Part shown: positions 58,951 to 64,000 of the stretch, piece after piece
How the letters are laid out: each line of letters begins with the position of its first letter
Numbering within the stretch: the stretch's first letter is position 1
Origin: Desulfatiglandales bacterium
GTDB lineage: Bacteria > Desulfobacterota > DSM-4660 > Desulfatiglandales > Desulfatiglandaceae
Reading direction: 5' to 3'
Length of the DNA stretch: 64,000 nucleotides
Assembly: GCA_963662465.1 (NCBI GenBank)
Contig: OY759599.1
Location: forward strand, 1-64,000
The notes under the pieces: model-generated
The model's input: only the letters and a program-made list of their open reading frames with translations
What the model was told of the DNA's origin: nothing
Database searches by the model: none
Position numbers and translations under genes: made by a program

Positions 58951-59363
58951 TACCTAAAATATGCAATCGCTGATACGTAATTTGTTGACATAGTATTGAA
59001 AATAGCGGAAATTTAATACTGCAGCTCTCTACGACCCTGAGCCGCCAGAATTCAGAATTCCCACCGACCAAACGGTTTGCCGCTCAGAAAAAGCGGTGGA
59101 CCAGCCAAAAATGGACCAAACAGCCAAAAAAAGAAAACACCAATCCCCTGGAAAGAGAATCAGCGTTTTTTTCAGGCCAGACTTATGTGGTTTATTCCCG
59201 AGCTACTCGATCTGAATGATATTTTGAATGGATTTAGGAATTGGGGATGGTCTCAGCTCCAGGGATTTTGCAAATTGATTGGTGATCTTGACAATGAATG
59301 AAAGTGCGCGCTTGAGTAGCAATGTGATACCGGCCATCTGCCCGAGGATGTTGGATCTAAAAC

Positions 59364-61043
59364 CAATACCCGTGAATGAATGATGTTCATGCTGCCTTTT
59401 TGTACAGGACTTCCACATCTTGATTGAAATGGACGGTTTGCGATTTATCCTTGCTACGCTTTCGTTTGAAATTAGACATTTTTACTTTTATGACCCGTGG
59501 ATTACGTCTGGGTCTGCGTGGTCTATCAATTTTTGATTCTGCGATCATTTTAAGCAGAAAAGACCGCTTTTCTTTTCTCTTTCCCGTTATCATACTCATG
59601 AGTGGGGCACTTTGTATGATAAGATCGACAGTATCTACGAAACTGATCAACAAAGGATCACCGCCTTCCATGTTTGTTGCTTCTTGGATCAAAGAGCGAA
59701 TCAGATTGTATACGATCATTATTGAATACAATTCCTGTTCAACCAAATCACTGCGTTTACTACGAATTATGGTCGGCATTTGCCCTTTAAGAGTAGCGCA
59801 CTGATGAGTTTTAATTTCATCAAAAGCAATTTCTATATCCCAGCGCTTATGATAATGGGTGACAATCTCTTTTGCGCTGATATCTGAATCCAAGAGGCTT
59901 GTAATTAAACGTACAGGTCGAAAACCTGGAATTTGGAAATGAATTACACGAACGATTATTTCAACCTTTTTCCATTTTTTCCGGCCGGTTTTCGGGTCTT
60001 CCGATTCAACGATTTTCCCGTCAATTTTGCTCAGATAACTGCCGTCAAGCATTTGGGAACCAGGAATTGGTTTTAATTTTCCCGATTTTGCTATTTTCAT
60101 AATGTGTTGAATCCCATTCTCGAACATATAATTGGCCAAATCAAATGAGTAAAATCCAGCATCAAAAAGCAATAATGCGCTTTCTATTGAACATCTTTTC
60201 AGGATTTGAAACATCAAGGTTCTTTCGCCGGTCTTTTTTCCTTTGTAGGGAGCATAAGCAATATCTATAATTCGACGGGCAGTCAGACCCATTAATGCAA
60301 CCAATCTCATTTGCGGGAATGCGCCGTAGCCTCTTCCCGAGTTGTGTTTTCCAAACTTTTGCCAATTGCTTTCAGTGTCCGGCATTGTCAAGGAGGTACC
60401 ATCAAACATAGCGGTTCTCATTCCATGAAAATCAGGAGGTTCAATGTCTTTGAAAGTCGAAGCAAATCTGTAAAAAATGGTACGAAAGACGTCAATTCCC
60501 ATTTTGGATCGAGCATGGCTAATCGTGCCTGCTTTTACAAATTTTCCATGGAAATCCAAATCCTTCCAGCGCATACCGGCGACCAGCCAGTTCAAAGTTT
60601 TGTCGTAATTCAAGTTTCGACGCAAAGCTAATGCAAAGCATAGCCAAACCAAAACAACCGGCGTCAGAATCGTGCCTTTCCTGTATTTGTCTTTCTGATG
60701 TTCTTTGAGAGCATCCTCAATGATCGGTTGAATAATTTTTTCAAAAGGAGCAAACTCAAAATCACTTTCAATTTTGGAAAAAATTTCTGAAACCCTTTTG
60801 ATCATGACTCTATCCTCGTCTAAGTTTTCTGATTAGTTGGTCTTTACATGAACCCATCAGAGTTTAAACGAGTATGAAGCGAATGTCCCGCTCCGTATTG
60901 CGGCATTATTCGCTAAAATCAGCCGTATGGCCTTATTAGATCGTTTTTTCTCGCTTTTATATAGAATTTCTTTTTATTTTGACGATTATCTTTACTGAGG
61001 ATTGGCCTCAGAAAAAGTGAAGCCAATTCATTCACGGGTATTG
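59364..61043 (-). mobile_element. IS4-family element
   Basis: Perfect 18-bp TIR CAATACCCGTGAATGAAT; 10-bp TSD GATCTAAAAC (59354-59363, 61044-61053). Confidence 0.93.
59387..60805 (-). CDS. IS4 transposase
   Basis: FDGT...PDT..N, FDAGF, YH.RWDIE..FDE.KT (YREK motif). Confidence 0.93.
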   Translation of the reverse strand: MIKRVSEIFSKIESDFEFAPFEKIIQPIIEDALKEHQKDKYRKGTILTPVVLVWLCFALALRRNLNYDKTLNWLVAGMRWKDLDFHGKFVKAGTISHARSKMGIDVFRTIFYRFASTFKDIEPPDFHGMRTAMFDGTSLTMPDTESNWQKFGKHNSGRGYGAFPQMRLVALMGLTARRIIDIAYAPYKGKKTGERTLMFQILKRCSIESALLLFDAGFYSFDLANYMFENGIQHIMKIAKSGKLKPIPGSQMLDGSYLSKIDGKIVESEDPKTGRKKWKKVEIIVRVIHFQIPGFRPVRLITSLLDSDISAKEIVTHYHKRWDIEIAFDEIKTHQCATLKGQMPTIIRSKRSDLVEQELYSIMIVYNLIRSLIQEATNMEGGDPLLISFVDTVDLIIQSAPLMSMITGKRKEKRSFLLKMIAESKIDRPRRPRRNPRVIKVKMSNFKRKRSKDKSQTVHFNQDVEVLYKKAA

Positions 61044-61539
61044 GATCTAAAACCATTTAAAACCCGCGGTTTTTCAAGGATCTTGATATCTTCTTTAAGG
61101 GTGCTGTTGGCGCGTTCAGCAGCGGACCGCAAATTCTTGATGGTGTTGTACCGTCCGGACCCTCTTGGAATTTCATTGATCAGACGCGGATACTCTTTGA
61201 TGGACATGTGCTTTGCAAAACCGGTTCGATTTCCAATATGAGGGGATTGGGAGATATTGTAGACGGCTTGAAGATTTTCCAGGGTGGTCTTATTGAGCTT
61301 AAGACACTGCTTGAAACAACAAAAGGTCAACCGCTGATGCTCCTGGTCAAACCCATTGGGCAGGGTAAGGAGTCCACAAGGGGCAAAAGGCCAGCCGTTC
61401 TGATCATACCCCCGATTCAAAATGGCAGTTTTGGATAAATCTTCGTTTCTTCGATTGTAATCAATGGTGGTCTTGGTCCGGATATAATAGCCGGTTTTAT
61501 TAGTTCACGCTTTCATGACCGCTTTGAGCGGTTCACAAT

Positions 61540-61572
61540 ACAAGCCTCCGGCTCTGCCGGAGATAGTTGACT
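61540..61572 (+). other. IS200-like right-end remnant
   Basis: AAGCCTCCGGCTCTGCCGGAG..AGTTGAC, same layout as 41770-41799. Confidence 0.5.
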
Positions 61573-61588
61573 TTTATGGGAGAGTGTT

Positions 61589-62608
61589 GTGGAGTCATTA
61601 TTAAAAAAGTATGCAGATAAAACGACCGTGCCGTTCGTGAAAAACCCTCTGCTTGATGAGCTGATCGCTACTCTAAAAAAGAAACTTTTGCCGGTACAAA
61701 GGGAAATTGAGGCGACGTTAGTTTCTCCGCAATGGCCTGTGTTGGGGATACTTGGGAACTCCCGTTGCGGATCTACTTTTTTTCAGCAATGGCTTGCCTC
61801 GTTGGGATGTTTCTCATATCCAACAAATCTTTTAGCCCGCTTTGCGTATGCTCCAGCAATTGGCGCAATGGTTCAGAATATGCTGTTTGACCCGAAATAC
61901 GACTTTCATGGTGACTTTTCCGATATCCAATCAGTACGCGGTTTTAATAGCGATTTAGGTAAGAGCAAAGGTGCGATGGCAGCAAATGAATTTTATCATT
62001 TTTTTAGGAACTATCTTCCGAGTTTTGATATCCAATATCTTGATGAATACGAGCTTTCAAAGTCAAATGTGACAGGTCTGAAGGCAGGGCTGGCTTCCAT
62101 TGAGTCCCAGTTTAAAAAGCCTTTTATTATTAAGGCCAAAATGCTGCAGTACAATCTCGGTTTTTTTGATTCTCTCATGCCTTTTTGGGTTTATGTGCAC
62201 ATCAGACGCGATCCATTTTTTACCATGCAGTCTCTTTTGCTGGGGCGAGAAAGATATTATAACGATCGAACCCTTTGGTGGGCTGCCAAACCGAAAGAAT
62301 ATGAGTGGCTGAAAGATATGGATGTATTCAGCCAGATCGCCGGGCAGGTGTATTTTACAAACAAGGCAATCCGGCTTGGATTAGAAAACGTTCCTGTTGA
62401 GCGAAAGCTTGTCATAGACTACGAGAGGTTTTGCGAGAGACCGAAAGATTTCTATGATCAACTTGTAGAAAAGTACGCAGTGCTGGGATATGCATTGCCT
62501 TCGCAGTATTCAGGGAAGGAAATTTTTTCTGCGAGTCAGAGCGTGCGGCTCTCAAAGAGCGATGCAGATGCGTTGCGGCATGCTTATCAGGAACTTGATG
62601 GCCAGTAA
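61589..62608 (+). CDS. Sulfotransferase family protein
   Basis: ILG..R.GST 5'-PSB loop, IRRDP.....S 3'-PB motif, YE.F...P. Confidence 0.8.
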   Translation: MESLLKKYADKTTVPFVKNPLLDELIATLKKKLLPVQREIEATLVSPQWPVLGILGNSRCGSTFFQQWLASLGCFSYPTNLLARFAYAPAIGAMVQNMLFDPKYDFHGDFSDIQSVRGFNSDLGKSKGAMAANEFYHFFRNYLPSFDIQYLDEYELSKSNVTGLKAGLASIESQFKKPFIIKAKMLQYNLGFFDSLMPFWVYVHIRRDPFFTMQSLLLGRERYYNDRTLWWAAKPKEYEWLKDMDVFSQIAGQVYFTNKAIRLGLENVPVERKLVIDYERFCERPKDFYDQLVEKYAVLGYALPSQYSGKEIFSASQSVRLSKSDADALRHAYQELDGQ

Positions 62609-62702
62609 CGCCCGCATGGAATGCCTTGCCTATAGACTTTAAAGAACAATTGCTGAGAGTTTTGGTTCGGCTAATGTGATAGAAGATAGAAGGGGGTGTG
62701 TT

Positions 62703-63860
62703 TTGAAAATTGCGAGAGAGTTAAAGGAATTCCCTAAACTGAACTTCGGAAAAGTTGCGCAGAGTAAGGTTGAGAGTGGAGAGAAACTGATTTCTTTAGG
62801 CTTGGGGGAACCCTGCTTTTCAACACCTCCGGAAATTGTAGAAGCAACAGTTGATGCGCTTCGCGAGGGATATACCCGCTACTGCAACTGGCTTGGCCTT
62901 CCGGAGCTTCGCAAGCTGATTGCAAAAAAACTTCACGACGAGAACGGCATTGACGTGAGGCATGAAAATGTGGTGGTGACCGTCGGAGCCAAACAGGCAT
63001 TTCTGGTTGCCCTGCAATCTATTCTCCGGCCGGGCGACGAGGTGATCAATATCACGCCCTGCTTCCTTAGTTTCATTCCCGCCATAAAAATTGCGGAGCC
63101 GGATTGTGTTTTGCACAACATCGAGCTGTCGCGGGACGAGTTTTCTTTTGACATCGGGAAAATTCGGAAGACGATGAGCAAAAAGACCAAGGTGATTATC
63201 ATCAACACGCCGCATAATCCAACAGGCACGATGCTGACAGAAGATCAGGCAAAAGAGTTGGTAGCGATCATGCAGGAATATCCGGACTGCTACATTTTGT
63301 CAGATGAGATTTACGAATACCTCTCCTGGTCCGGAGCGAAGCACATCAGCCTGGGGTCATTTCCGGAAATCAAGGATCGGGTGTTCACCATGAATGGAAT
63401 GAGCAAATCATTTAGCATGACCGGCTGGCGCCTCGGATATTTGGCCGTTCCCTCGTCCTGCATGGATGCAGTTTCTCAAATCATGCAGCACTCGAATATG
63501 AATGTGACCACCTTCATCCAGAAGGGAGCATGCAAGGCGTTTGAAATCGACCGCCAGTTCCTCCACGATTACTGCACTATGCTGAAGTCTTCTGCGGAAT
63601 ATATCTACAATGAGCTGAAAGATACGCCGTTGAAAATGATTAGGCCAAAGGGGTCTTTCTTCTGCTTTGTCGATGTTTCCGCGACTGGAATGACTTCAGA
63701 TCAGTTTGCCACTGAGCTGTTGCGCGAAACCAATGTGGCTTTGAACCCCGGAATTCTATCCGGCAGTACATGGGATACGCATGTGCGAATTTCATATGCC
63801 GGTGATTTCGAGGAGATAAAAAAAGGAATTGCAGGCATGAAGAGGTTTTTGGACAAATGA
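62703..63860 (+). CDS. Class I/II PLP aminotransferase
   Basis: GEP.F.TP, G.PELR..IA, NTPHNPTG, SDEIYE, SKSFSMTGWRLGY. Confidence 0.92.
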   Translation: MKIARELKEFPKLNFGKVAQSKVESGEKLISLGLGEPCFSTPPEIVEATVDALREGYTRYCNWLGLPELRKLIAKKLHDENGIDVRHENVVVTVGAKQAFLVALQSILRPGDEVINITPCFLSFIPAIKIAEPDCVLHNIELSRDEFSFDIGKIRKTMSKKTKVIIINTPHNPTGTMLTEDQAKELVAIMQEYPDCYILSDEIYEYLSWSGAKHISLGSFPEIKDRVFTMNGMSKSFSMTGWRLGYLAVPSSCMDAVSQIMQHSNMNVTTFIQKGACKAFEIDRQFLHDYCTMLKSSAEYIYNELKDTPLKMIRPKGSFFCFVDVSATGMTSDQFATELLRETNVALNPGILSGSTWDTHVRISYAGDFEEIKKGIAGMKRFLDK

Positions 63861-64000
63861 AACGGATTCTGGTCGCACAAAACCTGAAGGCGGAGGATCG
63901 CGAGACTCTGAATCGTCAGCTCGGCGGCCTGTATGAGATGGTCTTTCCGGAAGATTATTCTGATGAACTACTGGTGCTCAGAATTCCGGACGCGGATATC
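63857..64000 (+). CDS. Partial ORF, possibly D-2-hydroxyacid dehydrogenase N-terminus
   Basis: ATGA overlap; MKRILV...ELL...IPDAD pattern; only 48 codons visible. Confidence 0.4.
   Translation, partial: MKRILVAQNLKAEDRETLNRQLGGLYEMVFPEDYSDELLVLRIPDADI

Larger units (their letters stand above)
59203..61490 (-). pseudogene. 5'-truncated DDE transposase interrupted by IS4
   Basis: 61044-61490 (R.AAER.NS.LK) continues in frame into 59203-59353 after IS removal. Confidence 0.65.

Overview
The window has four parts. (1) 1-~29,100: a lambda-like siphovirus prophage, all on the minus strand. It carries SF3/D5 helicase and Zn-finger/TOPRIM primase genes, early genes, terminase, a ~6 kb accessory block (ThyA-family gene, C4-type antisense RNA module, a moron), then head and tail genes to the tape measure. 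(2) ~29,146-36,600: a displaced tmRNA 3' end (att site) followed by an integrative element with tyrosine integrase, excisionase, AEP primase, a HerA/VirD4-like ATPase and three copies of one uncharacterised domain. (3) ~36,600-46,200: a degenerate ORF-less group II intron, gene fragments delimited by co-oriented CGTCCCC/TGACCCC motifs, a TacA/TacT pair, then an AT-rich island that looks archaeal. The island has an MCM N-terminal half, BRE-TATA promoters and an array of ACTCTACG-N8/9-CGTAGAGT palindromes, and it has been hit by bacterial-type IS200 and IS701 elements. (4) 46,400-64,000: a surface-polysaccharide locus (WbpB/D/E-like genes, nucleotide-sugar dehydrogenase, aminotransferases, sulfotransferase) interleaved with toxin-antitoxin cassettes, duplicated gene 3' ends, 7/8/9-mer repeats and an IS4 element. 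A deltaproteobacterial (Desulfobacterota-like) host is my inference only. All protein calls come from motif recognition by eye; no database search was run.
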